64,000 bases of DNA from the human T2T-CHM13v2.0 reference genome, Homo sapiens. This document shows, piece by piece, positions 27,720 to 40,599 of this stretch; position 1 is the first letter of the stretch; each line of letters opens with the position of its first letter. A program made the translations under genes and the position numbers. Where the stretch lies: assembly GCF_009914755.1 (NCBI RefSeq), contig NC_060945.1; one strand, given 5' to 3'. The notes under the pieces were generated by a model. It had not been told where the DNA came from. It saw nothing but the letters and a program-made list of their open reading frames with translations, and ran no database searches.

Positions 27720-28480
27720 GCTAACCAACCTCTTTGAGCCTCAGTTTACCTCGCCATAAAATAAGGATAATACTAGCAGCTACCACATAATGCTATTGTG
27801 GGAATTAAATAAGATAATAATAGTCGCTACCATTTATATAGCACCTAACTGTACAGGAACCTACACTACAAACTATACCAGAAACTTCTCATGTCATTCA
27901 TTCATCAAAATGGGATCAAAGAAGGTGTGAAGGAGGCGAGGGATGAGCCATGGAGATAAATGGAGGAAGAACATCACAACAAAGGGAGAAGCTAAGGCAA
28001 CAGGAGGGATGGAGCAGTGTGTGCTGGGAGCCATGTAAGATGACATCTGAGAGGCAATAAGAAGTAAGACCGTCTAGGGCTGGGAGACCTCCAGAAGAAC
28101 TTTATTTTTTACTATGGATGAAATGGACAGCCATTGAAGATTCTGAGCAGAGGAATGACAAAGACCTGAATTACATTTCCAAAGGATTGCTCTGGCTCTG
28201 TTGTTGAGATTAGACAACAGAGGGTAGGTTATGGGGGAAGCTGCGGGCCAGCTTGCAGTCCACTGTAATGACCCAGATGAGAGAGGATGGTGGCTGGGAC
28301 CAGGGTGGTAGCAACGGAGGTAAAGGCAGAGTCATTAGAATTTCTAGTGGACAGACTGCAGGAGAAAACAGAAGGTGTGGAGTTAAGTATTCTGCCAAAA
28401 TAACTGGAAGGGCATCCTTAGGAGAGATGGGGTTTGACAGAAAAACCAGGAGTTCAGATTTTTTAAAGAATTCAGTTTTG
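27720..28480. mobile_element. MIR and L2 remnants
   Basis: MIR core (TTGAGCCTCAGTTTACC...ATAAAATAAGGATAATA) followed by L2-like sequence (GCCATTGAAGATTCTGAGCAGAGGAATGAC). Confidence 0.6.
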
Positions 28481-28494
28481 ATATCCTACACGTG

Positions 28495-28653
28495 AGCAGC
28501 AACCTGTTCATCAATGTACCCTTTATGAGCCTCCATCTCCGCCTTACTGTCCCTACTTCCTTTCTTGTGCTTCCTGGGATCAGTTCCCAAATAAACGTCT
28601 ACCTCTGAATCCTTGTCTTGGGGTCTACTTTTGGGGGAATCCAAACTAAGACA
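28495..28653 (+). mobile_element. LTR16-like (ERVL) LTR 3' fragment
   Basis: CCCAAATAAAC...GTCTTGGGGTCTACTTTTGGGGGAATCCAAACTAAGACA resembles an LTR16 end. Confidence 0.5.
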
Positions 28654-29152
28654 CAAACAGAACTCGAAGCACAGGTAAAGGCTAACCACTTCACACTAAA
28701 ACCTCCCTTCCAAGGGCTTGTCCTGGCCCTTTAGTGTGAAGACTAAACCAAGGGGAGTTTTCTACATCCCTGGACCTGAAGCAAATGGTATTCCACAGAC
28801 CGTATGCATCCCGTTGCCAAAAAAGCAACATTTGTGTCCCTTTTGTTTAGAAAGGTTTCCTTCTTTATGCATTATTCAAAGTATCATGATCCCTATTTCT
28901 GCTCTAAGTCACTGCTTCAAATTTCTTGGATCACAGACCTCTATCTTCTTTGGATGAAAACATCTATGGACTAGGGGACAATAATAAAGTCATTCAAAGT
29001 TAAGTTGTAAGAGAAATACTCACTGTCCCTGAAAATTATTGGGGATTTAAAACTTAACTTTCCTATAACCTCCATTTAGAGCCATCACACCTGCCTGAAA
29101 AGTGCCTCAAGATGTCCAAATTCCTGATACACAAGTGCAGAATAACTTTATA

Positions 29153-30144
29153 GAGTATTTATTTTCCATTCCATTCAGTAGAACAGTAACTAGGTACTTA
29201 ATAACAGCTAAAATTTGGGTGTTTATTCTGTCACATATACAAAAATAAAGAAGTTATTTTTATGTATTAACTCAATATTTACATCAACCATAGGAGGTAG
29301 GTACTATTATTATCCCCATTTTACAGATGAGAAAACTGAGGCACAGACGGTCAAGTAACATGCTCAACGTCATAGAGATAAGTAGCAGAGCAGGATTCAC
29401 ATCAGCTGGCTTGGATCCAGAGGCTAAGCTCTTAACCCCTACACGACACTGCCTCTAGTTTCCTCTTCCAATTCTCGTATCATCTTCTGAACTAGACAGT
29501 GTCATCAATCCTTTTTACAAACAAATGAGAAAACTGAGGCATTGAGAGGTCAAGTCATTTGCCTAAGGTCACCCAGACAATTATAGACTTATGGCTAGCA
29601 TCTGTCTAGTGTGTGCTAGAACCCTTCTAGACATGGAAGATATCAATTTAACAAGTATGGCCCTGCCTCATGGAGCTTAAGGTCTTGTGCAGGAAGAGAA
29701 CAGGTCAATTCATCAGCCTAGTCCAGTATGCTGAGCAGCAGACAGGATGTTTGCAGAGGTAGAGACGCAGTATAGATGACAGGCATCAGAGCCAGGTGAG
29801 ATGGAGGCCAGGAAGGGCGTTCTACGAAGAAAGTTTTATAGGGAATGCTGGGAAGAGATAGGAAGGATGAAGGACATTTCGAGGGACGAGTATTTATTTT
29901 CCATTCCTTTCAGTAGAACAGTAACTAGGTACTCAATAACAGCTATAATTTGGGTGCTTATTCTGCCACACACACAAAAGAAAACACTTTTAATGTATTA
30001 ACTCAATATTGACATCAACCCTAGGAGTTAGGTACTATTATTATCTCCATTCTACAGATGAGAAAACCGAGGCACAGAGGGTTAAGTAACATGCTCAATG
30101 TCAGACAGATAATAAGTAGCAGGGCAAGATTCACATCAGCTGGC
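29153..30144 (+). repeat. Local direct duplication of a ~258-bp MIR-containing segment (29153-29411 and 29888-30144)
   Basis: Both copies start GAGTATTTATTTTCCATTCC, share non-MIR flank plus the MIR core, and end GATTCACATCAGCTGGCT; roughly 85% identical by eye. Confidence 0.9.
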
Positions 30145-31125
30145 TGGGCTGCAGTACATGCAACACTACAGAGACAAGACAGAGCAGGAGGAATCCAAGG
30201 GAACCACAGGTGGCTTTGCCTGGTGAAAGGTAAAGGTACACATAGGGGAGGAAATGCCCATGAGGCTGGAGGAAGATGGAGGCATGAGCGCCCTGGGGGC
30301 TAAAATATGTCATCTGAGGATCTTGCACAGGAAAGCAACATTGTCCATTCTCCCCAGTACCCCAGGATCTAGAGACTCTAGATGTCTAGATAGGAGACAG
30401 GGGTAGCTAGGAGATGCAGATCCCTCACCTTCACATTAAGGCCCTTGTTTTTTTTACATTTTAATTCAATTATTAAGTTTTGAAAACAATGTACCCTTTC
30501 CTAGTCTGGCTGCAGACAGACAATTAACATATTGAATTTTTGTGTTTTAATGACAGTATATTTGAGTTTAACAATTACCTAAAAATATAAAATGCTCCAT
30601 CCATCAAGAATGTAAGTAAAAAGGGGGAAAATCACAACTGCTGACGATCACGAGATAATCCAGCAAGACTGTTTGTGGCTGGTGGCTGTGTAGACCGAAT
30701 CCTCAAAAACTTTTGATTTCTCTGCTCTTCTGCTGTCAGATAAGGCGAGCTTTGTTGCCGGGTGTACTTTCTCCTCAGTGTATTTTTCAGATCTAGACCG
30801 ATAAGTTTGCTGGCACATCACTCCAAATTTCCATGCAGGTTTTCATTATGAGTAATCAGGGCCTCCGACTTACAGAAGCAGTGCATCTTACACATAAACA
30901 CGCACTGCTGCCACCACCGTCTACGCCCCTCCTTTCCACGGCTCATCTCCACCTGACTCATCACGGCAGAACTTCTGCCACTTCAGTCATGGTGGAAAAA
31001 CCTTGGAGCTCTTAAAAGACCAGTGGGTGAAATTTGGAGAAAAGGTCTATTTACGAGCAACAGAAAAAACTAAGAGGAAAACCCCCCAGGAAAACCAGTT
31101 TCTAAAATAGGGCCGGCTTGCTTAC

Positions 31126-31190
31126 CACTTTGATCCTCGCACACAAATAGCTTCCCAAAGCCTTCCTGGATTGTTTCTACTTCATGTCTT
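31126..31190 (-). other. ZBTB21: ZBTB21 non-coding exon 2 (65 nt)
   Basis: Acceptor TCTCTCATTTTGAAATTTCAG| (AG at 31191-31192) and donor GTG|GTAAGC (first intron base 31125). Confidence 0.8.
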
Positions 31191-31792
31191 CTGAAATTTC
31201 AAAATGAGAGAATCTTTATGGTTAACAATTCACAGAAGACCTTACAGTTCCATGGAAAAGCCTTTCGAATCAGTCTATTTGTCTCAAATCCTGGCTCCGC
31301 CACCTATTAGGCATGGAACCTTCTAAAGATGACCCAACCTTTCTGACTAGTTTCCTTACCTGTTAAACATGGCTAACACTACCCACCACATAGGATTTTT
31401 ATGAAGGACAGAAGAGGCAACATGTTTGAAAGCCCCAGTACGTTCAGCACTTCCCATGTGGCACATGCACATCTTCCTTCCTTCTCCACTTCCCCTCACA
31501 GATGCTTGCGTGGGCCTGCTACCCACCACACATCACAAGAGGTGCTGGTGATGGGGAGATGAGTAACTGGCCTGCTTCTTGTTCTCCTGTAGCTCACATT
31601 TCCATGTTAGGACAGACAATAATTAACAAAGGATGTGAAGAATGCTACGGGAATACTGATTCCAGGAAGCAATTAATTTGGCCAGGGTGTAGGAGGGTGG
31701 AAGAGTGAATAGTGGGAACTATTCACTATTAACTATGAGTGAATAGTCCTAAGGAAGGCTTGGGACTCATCACTCCTTTGACAATTATAATA

Positions 31793-32001
31793 CAAGCTGA
31801 ATATCTCTAGTCCAAAAACCCAAAACTACTTTCTGAGCAACGACATGATGCACAAAGGAAAGGCTCATTAGAGCATTTTGGACTTTTGGATTAGGGACGC
31901 TGAACCACTGGGTATAATGAGAATATTTCAAAATCCCAAACAATCTGAAATCTGAAACACTTCTGGTCCCAAGCATTTCAGATAAGGGATAGTCAACCTC
32001 T
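31793..32001. mobile_element. TcMar-Tigger MITE (MER46/Tigger4-like)
   Basis: Imperfect TIRs CAAGCTGAATATCTCTA.../...TAAGGGATAGTCAACCTC flanked by TA. Confidence 0.65.
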
Positions 32002-32199
32002 AATACTAAAGGTTCCATTCTTTACATTTCTACTATAGACGCTTTTCAGAAATGCTCATCTGGCCTTGCTGGGGCTTAAAACCTTCCAAGGGCTTGCCCT
32101 GGCCTCAACTTCCAATTCCCTGGAATGGCTACAAAACCCTTCAGAACTGGATTCCAGAAGATTATTTCATACCATCACTTCAAATTCCTCAGGTAATAA

Positions 32200-32541
<342 letters not shown>

Positions 32542-34349
32542 CTCATATCTTAACATAAATTAATTCAATGCAAATACTTTCCTCTTTATAGAGTGTTAAA
32601 TCAGTTGTATGGAATTAAGATTTTTGAGGGAGAGGGAAGGTAGGCAATTTCGAATATAGAGCATTCTAGTGAGAAGCAGAGGAAAGCAAAGCGACTTGGC
32701 ACTCAGAAGGGTACCAGGGGGTGAGTGAGGGGGTGAGAAACAGAGATGGAAAGGGATCAAAATAATCTCACCTACTTGGACTAGTGTCATAGCTAAGGTA
32801 CACTATAAATTAAGTTGGCTCCCAGACTAGCCACAAAACTGCTACTACCAGTTCTACAGGAAAATGGCTCTTTACATCCAGCATCAACCTAGATTTCAAC
32901 TCTGGGAACATGGGTCCTTTGGAATGTTGGGGATTGCTTCTATAGTCCTAACCATGATACTAGAAAAAAGAGGGAATGCATGTAACACAAGGCAAATACC
33001 TAGTTAAAAAAACAAAGCATCTACATTTGACTTTGGAACATAAACACACACACACAGACTGCTTATCCCCAAACCCTCATTTCAGGATTTAGCCGTAACA
33101 CCTACCATTGGATTTTACTATTTGATGGTGATAGGAAGTTGCCTCTGAGTTTCGGTCTTATCATCACTCACTTGGTGACAACGCAAATATCCTCAGATTT
33201 CAAACCTAGACTAGCTTATCCAATCCTTCAAGAGGAGTCATGTTACTATCTTGTATTCCATTTCACCACACTTTCAGTCTCTAACAAGGGGGTTTGATTT
33301 TGGTTTGATGGTTGTTCTTGGCCACATTCAGGAGAATGATCCTACTCCAACATAGTTCAAGCTCCTTTGCACCTTAGCAGAGCAGACTCTGGTCACAGCC
33401 TTTGCTGTTTTCTTCCAGCCACTACACAGCCATTCCACCTCCTGTTAACAGCCCCATGATTTTGCTATAGAAGAACTGCTCTTGTCCCACTGTGTGCTAC
33501 AGCCTGATGTGCTCCTCTCCCCTACCTCTGGGCTAACCATACAACCAAAGCCAAACCAATCAGAAACTTTGTCCTCGGAATATGAATCCTGAGAAGAATG
33601 ACAAAGGCAATAAATAAATGAAGCTGACTTATCTCAACGGAGGCCTGAAAATGCAACCTTGCTAGTGCCTGCTACATAGATTCCTGGAGTTAGCTTGGTT
33701 TTTGTCCTTCTTCCTGGCCCAGTTTTTTAGCTTTTCTTTTAAGTCCAAGAGCAACCCTGTATCTTTACAATAAACTACTTTTTCCATTCAAGCCAGACAG
33801 TTTCTGTTCTTGTTATTAAAGAACCCTAATATATTTCCACGTGGTATTCACTGTTCCTTGTCATGCCTTCCAAACCCATCCTAATACAGCTTCTAGACTG
33901 AGCTTCTTAGAACAAAGCTTTGATCGCTCACCCAACATACACGTTAAATATTCCTATTATTAATTCAACTTATTTACTGAATTCCAATTCTGTACAAGGC
34001 ATGGTTAGATTTATCTGAAATATAGGGGTGCACCAAACAGACAAGACCCCCACTTTCTAGTGAGATAAATCAGATGCTAAGGAAACAAATAAAAAAGACA
34101 ACCTCAGATTCTGCTAAAAGTTATGGTGGAAATAAATAAGGTGCTATATCGCTGGATGCAGTGCCTAGAGAGGATGGTCAGAAAATACCTTGATGGAATA
34201 TTTCAGCTGAGACCTAAGATCTGAATGAAGAGAACCAGCTTTGATCCTGTTTAAAAATAAAATAATAAAAACAATTGTTCTCCATTAGGCTAAAATTTTT
34301 AAAACAATGACTAAAGGTCTCTATAAAATCTGGTTTCAAATGACTTTTA

Positions 34350-34670
<321 letters not shown>

Positions 34671-34880
34671 ATTTTTTTTTCTTTCCCTTAGTTATTTCCT
34701 AGTGATCCCTTTCTGCTCCAGATACTCTGTCTCTAAGACCTAACCTGCACATCTGACTTCTCCCACTCCCCAATCTGGAAAGTCCTAGAACTCACCTAAA
34801 CCCCTCCTCAGCACACTACTCAGAATATTAATCACCTTTCAAAGCTCAGGTCAAGTTCCAGCTACTCCATAAAATCTTCC

Positions 34881-35266
34881 ATTATGGGTTGAATTGTGTC
34901 CCCACTCTTCCCTCCCAAATTTATATGATAAAGACTTAGCCTCCAGTACCTGGAGAATGTAGTCATACTTGGAGACATGGTCTCTAAGAGGTAATTAAGT
35001 TAAAATGAGGGCTTTAGGGTGACCCCTAAACTGATGTAACTGGTGTTCTTACAGGAGAGGAAGATTAGCACAGAGACATGAACAGAGGAAGGACCAAGTA
35101 GGGACAAGAAGATGCCATCTATAAGCCAAAGAGAAGCCTCAGAAGAAGCCAACCCTGCTGACACCTTGTTCTTGGACTTCTAGCTTTCAGAACTGTGGGA
35201 AAAGAAATCTGTTGAGTCATCCAGTCTGCAGTACTTTGTTATAGCAGCCCAAGCAAATGAATATAC
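34881..35266 (+). mobile_element. MLT1A/B-like MaLR solo LTR
   Basis: TATGGGTTGAATTGTGTCCCC...GTTATAGCAGCCCAAGCAAATGAATATA. Confidence 0.8.
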
Positions 35267-36450
35267 CTTCCTTGACTACTTCATCTTATAACGTGCAAAT
35301 ACCTCAACTTCAGCACCATTTACATGTTTATTCACTGCCTTTATTGTTAGTCATTTGTGTCTCCCCAAGAGGACTGAAAGCTATTTAAAGACTGATAATC
35401 TATTTAATATCTTTTGGCATTATCAATGCTCAACATGTTATCTTCCACAACAATAAAGATTTGACTTTTCTGTACTCTTCACTCCAATTAAATGCACGAG
35501 TGAAAATTATGGCTGTTAGTTGTTTTGCTGAAGTAAAGCGTATTACATCACTGCCCTGCTTTGGAGTACTGTACTGATTTTTCTATTCCTAAAGAAAATC
35601 CAAACTACAAACTGGCATACAAGACTTTTCATACTCTGGTTACAATTCATCTCTCCATCCTTATTGGACACTACTTACCATCTACTCTACAAACTTGCAT
35701 ATCCAGCCTCTGCCACCCAAAATCTCTCTCTTCCCTCTCCTTTACTTGGCTAACTTCTTTCGAAAGATCCAGTTGAAATGTCACCGACTCTACAAAGCTT
35801 TTGTAATTTGCCCCTAGCCAGCAGCTCAGTCATCTAAACTACCACAATACTTCATCTCTCTGTAATAACACCACAACTTCTTCAATTAATCTTCTTTTAC
35901 ATGTGTCTCCCCCAAGGGACTCCCTAAAGAAAAAACCCTTGTTTGCATGCACGTATCCCTGATGCCCAGCACAAGGCCTGGCAAGCTAGGTACAGGGCAA
36001 AGAGAGAAATCATCAAACTTGAGGCTCAAGACCTGGACTGGCTCACCTTTATTTCTCCAGCATCCGTTACAGAGCCCCAACACGTGGCAGTATTCTTTGC
36101 TTTTTCTATTAGACCTTGTGACTTTAATCACTACTGGACGATGATTCCCAAATCTGTATCTCTGTTTAGACTCTTGAGGCTCCAGCCTCTCAGGTACCTA
36201 CTGAACGGTTCCATCACAGTATATCCTCAGGTCCAGCATGGTACTTAAACTCCACAACTCTCGTCCCTGCTCCCACATCTGTTTGTCCTCACATATTCCC
36301 GATTTACTTTGGTGTGTTGCCAGACCCTAAAATTTCTTCTCTTTCCCTTATAGCCTATCACTGTGACCTGGTCAAACCTAGCTCTTAAATAGCTTATAAT
36401 CTGCTCTCTCTACTTCCATTGGCTTTGCGGACAACTAAAACTGTCCCTTC

Positions 36451-36568
36451 GGCTGGGCGCAGTGGCTCATGCCTGTAATCCCAGCACTTTGGGAGGCCAA
36501 GTGGGGTGGATCACGAGGTCAGGAGATCTCAAGGCCATCCTGGTCAACAGGATGAAACCCCGTCTCTA

Positions 36569-36607
<39 letters not shown>

Positions 36608-36824
36608 AGCTGGGCGATGTGGCGGAAGCCTGTAATCCCGGCTACTCAGGAGGCTGAGGCAGGAGAATCGCTTGAACCAGGGAGGCGGAGGTTGCAAAAC
36701 CAGGGAGGCGGAGGTTGCAGTGAGCCAAGATCACGCCATTGTACTCCAGCCTGGGGCAACAAGAGTGAAACTCTGTCAAAAAAAAAAAAAAAAAAAAAAG
36801 AAAAAAAGAAAAGAAAAGAAAAAA
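36451..36824 (+). mobile_element. Alu (AluS-like) with expanded A36 linker and an internal 22-bp duplication
   Basis: Alu body with TSD-like AAAA(C/T)TGTCCCTT on both flanks. Confidence 0.93.
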
Positions 36825-38489
36825 TTGTCCCTTTAATTATCTCATTTCCATCGAGAGACCTTCTTAACTTAACCCCAATTTTGTTATTTACAATTTTTCC
36901 TTCAGAGTGTACACATCTAATATTCAACAGTGTAAGTTCCTCGAGGGCAGGGGTTATATCTTCTTCAACTTCTATTTCAACAGAATGAAGCACATTATAC
37001 TTTCAATAAAGTGTTAAAAAGGAAAAATAAACAAAAAGTTACTTTTAAGTAAACCAGCACTTCAAATTTTGACTTTCTTTTTAACATCAATATTTAGGGG
37101 TGCTTAAATTTAAACTTAATGACTACTAGTCCTTAGAGATCATCATTTACTCCAAGTACACGAGGAAAGCTTTAAAAGATAATTTTCCATGAGAAATCTT
37201 TCTAAAATGGATTAACCCACTTTCTTGTCTTCTTAAACAAGGTATGAGGACCGTAATGTAAGCTGCTTAATTGAGGACTCAGGGTCATCGTGTGAACAAT
37301 CGCTGGACTATTTTGTAACACACGCGTGCCCTCGGAGGCTCGGTGCCAGGGCTGTGAGCGCTTGCACGAAAGGAAAAACCCCAGGCCGTGTGAAGTTCTA
37401 ACTTTCCCCGTCCTCTCGGTCAGGCAATCCCACCGGGGCACCTGTCTAAAAACACCCCGCCTCCGAACGCGCGCTCTTGCGGAATTCTCCCGAACCGCAG
37501 AGCCCTCGTGGCTGGGACCGCATAGCAACCGGGGGCAGAGTGCGAGCCCCCAGCGGTGTGCTAGGATGGAAAAGCAGGAGCCGCTGAGGATGGACTACGG
37601 GGCGTGTTCCCGAAAAGCCGGGAAGAGATGTGGCGGGGCTGCCGCGGGCGTCTCTAAGGCCGGCACGGGTGGCGTCTTGACTCCCTGCCCCTCCAGCCGC
37701 GGACCTCGGACGGGGGAAAGGGGGCTCCTCCAAGCGGGGAGACGGTCGCCGACCGAGCAGCAGGGCTCCTGGCCAGCGGAGGGTGCTATGCTCTGCGGGA
37801 CCGCCGGGAAGTCCCAGACAAGGTCTGCGGGGGCTCTGGAGGAAAAAAAACGCGCTGTGAGGTCCAGGCGTCCGCGGGAGGGGCCGGGGGCGGGGAGGGA
37901 GCGTCCAGCGGGCACCGAGCGGTCACGCTCCGGCCACCGGGCCGAGGACGGGGCGGCGGGGCTAGGTCCCGGACCGTGAAGGGAGCGGCGGGTCGCGGCA
38001 GGTGCGGGGTCCCCAAGGCCGCCGGCCAGCTTCCGCGCACACCCCGCGGCCCGGGCCGCCGGCCCCCAACCCCTGCCCGGAACAGGAGAACGCGCCCTTC
38101 TCCACGAGGCGTTTCAACCGCTCCGCGCGAGGGGCGCGCGCCTGGGCCAGGCGTGTCCCCTACCCCAGGGGCAGCTCGGCCAGGGTGAAGAGTGAAGCCC
38201 GTGAGGGAATGGAGCATGCGCATTCGCGAGGGCGAGGCCAAGTGCTGGCAGGGAGCGTGCGCAGTGTGAAGGTACAATCGGCTACGTGGGAACCCGGGAC
38301 ATGCTCGGTGAGCGCCCAGGTCCCGCGCACGCGCAGAAGCGCTCGGAGCCCGCAACCCGCTGGTGGAGAAAAAAGAGGAGAGAAATCACCTCAGAGTTAC
38401 GTCAGGAAAGGCCGCGTTTTGCGGGGAGGCTGTAGCCTCCCAAGGAGCCCCGCAGTTCTCCTAGAGCTAGGGGCGTGACAGTTACTCAC

Positions 38490-38600
38490 CGGTCTTCAGT
38501 CTCGAGGCAGACGCCGGGCCCCTTTCCGCTCACACTCGGCTCGCGCGCGCCGCAGCCGCCGCTGCCGCTGTGATTCCATCCATCTTGAATTTGACGTCAT
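38490..38600 (-). other. ZBTB21: ZBTB21 non-coding exon 1 (TSS uncertain, ~38570-38625)
   Basis: Consensus donor CCG|GTGAGT (first intron base 38489) inside the CpG island, just downstream of the promoter motifs. Confidence 0.8.
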
Positions 38601-38700
38601 CCCACACCAGGGATGAGGTCATCGCAGGCATCGCTCGTCACGTGCGCGGCACTCTGATTGGGCGCCGGGCGCCGGAGGGCGGGGCGGGGGGGGGGGCCTC
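38580..38700 (-). promoter_or_regulatory. ZBTB21: ZBTB21 core promoter motif cluster (TATA-less)
   Basis: YY1-like CAAGATGG (38580-38587), full CRE TGACGTCA (38592-38599), CRE variant TGAGGTCA (38614-38621), half-CRE CGTCA overlapping E-box GTCACGTG (38636-38644), CCAAT box (ATTGG 38657-38661), GC boxes (38677-38689). Confidence 0.85.
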
Positions 38701-39945
38701 GCGGCGCAGGGGGACGGGGGAGGGCGGGCCTGCCCGGAGCCGCGCGCCGAACGGACGCTGCCGCGCTGCAAGCCCGCGCTCTCGGTCCATGAGGGGAGCC
38801 TGCGGCGGCCGTTAGGGGAGGCGGCCGGGCTGGGGGCCACGGCGAGGAGGCTGAGCGCCCCGGCCGGGTGGAGTCCGTCGCGGCGAGGAGCGCGCCGATT
38901 CTCAGGGGACTTTGCCGCCTGCCGGAGGCGCCCTTGCTGCGGGGTCGCCCCGGGTCATTCGGCCGCGGTCCTGCCCAGCTGGGCCGCCAGTAGTCCCCGC
39001 TTCCGGCGCGGCGGGATGCGTGGCGCGAGCGCTTAGTCCCTCGGAGGGGAGGACGCGCTCCCGTTCACCGGTGGACGGCGGGCGACTCCCCGAGCCGACG
39101 ACCCCGACAGCGACGGGAGCGACGCGCGGCTTTCTGACGGGCGCGGGCGGCGAGCGGGGCCCTGCGGTCCTCGGGTCGGCGGCAGACGCTCCCGGCCCGC
39201 GAGGAAAGCCCGCGGGAGGCGGCTCCTGCCGCTCGCTAGTCGCTCAGAGCGCTTCCATTTCCTCCTCCCGACGCAACCTGGCCACCTGGCCCCTGGGCGG
39301 GGACCCGGCGGCCGCGGCCAGGGCGTCCGGGCTCGTTCGCCGCGCAGATGGGGGTCGGTCCTGACCCCCGCCGGGGCGTCCACAGCGGCCCGCAGGCAGC
39401 CGGAGACTTCGCATAGTGCCCGGCTCATCGGAGGGCTGTGATCTTTTTTTTTTTTGCAGAAATATTACAACTCCACTGATGAGAAAACTCACTTCGCTTT
39501 CAGTCAAAACCAGAAATTAGATAACAGAAATGCCACACTGTCAACACCGACCGGGAGGAAAGCCTCGCTGGCGGAGACCGCTCAAGGGAGCCCTCCGCGC
39601 GTTCTCCCAGCCCGGGTCGCAGGTGGAGGGGGAGTGCCTCCTGCAGGGACGGTTCTCCCGCAGACACTCAAACTCCGGGATGTAAAACCCCTGTTAATAA
39701 TTGTCAGGGGTCTGTTAATTGCCAAATACAGTTTTTGAAAGTTGTATGCACTAGGTAAAATAATTTATGTAATGTTTGGAAGTATGTGAAAGACAGACAT
39801 TAGATTGATACAAATTAAAAATTTGTTGCCAAATTAACAGCTCTGTTGTAGATTATTAGTTTGACTAATTTTAAGAGGACTCTTAGTCTTACATAAAGAA
39901 TCTTGCACCTAAAAATTTTCTCCTACAACTTTAAAACACTTTAAA

Positions 39946-40242
39946 TTTTTTTTTTTTTTTTCCTGAGATGGAGTCTCTGTCAGTCCCAGGCTGGAGTGCA
40001 GTGGCATGATCTCAGCTCACTGCAGCCTCCACTCCCTGGCTCAAGCCATCCTCCCGTCTCAGCCTCGGCAGTAGCTGGGACTATAGGTGCATCCGTCACA
40101 CCTAGCTGATTTTTGTATTTTTGGTAGAGATGGAGTTTCACCATGTTGCTCAGGCTGGTTTCAAACTCCTGGTCTGAAGCAATCCACCCGCCTCAGCCTC
40201 CCAATGTGCTTGGATAACAGGTGTGAGCCACCATGCCCAGCC
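39946..40242 (-). mobile_element. Alu (AluJ/S-like)
   Basis: Poly-T plus reverse-complement Alu body. Confidence 0.92.
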
Positions 40243-40599
40243 TAAAGAGTGTCTGTATTTTGAACTGTATGGTGGAAAAGCACAAAGTGACTGTTCTGAA
40301 GGTAGAAGGCAACAGTGATTATAAGTCTTAAAAGAACCTTGAGTTTTAGGTTCCCCTGTGATTAGGCTGGGGGAGTGTGTGCTGCTATCCTAGTTTTATA
40401 GGTGAGAAAACTAGTACTGGCTTTACCACATGCTGGAAGCAGCCTCCCTTGAGCGATCCCTTTCTAGCCACCTGCTTAGCTGTTTTTTTGTTTTGTTTTG
40501 TTTTTTGTTTTTTCAACCTTCCTCAGGACGATACACATTGGTGTCTCTGCTTTGAGCTATATGATCAGGCTTTTGGCCTCACCATTTCACTGGAATTGA

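Larger units (their letters stand above)
37300..39680. promoter_or_regulatory. ZBTB21: CpG island spanning ZBTB21 exon 1 and promoter
   Basis: About 2.4 kb of very high GC and CpG density with sharp AT-rich borders. Confidence 0.95.

Noticed and set aside
37202-39738. Many 70-217 aa ORFs on both strands
   Set aside because: Expected from stop-codon scarcity in a GC-rich CpG island; low-complexity R/G/P/A content and no domains.
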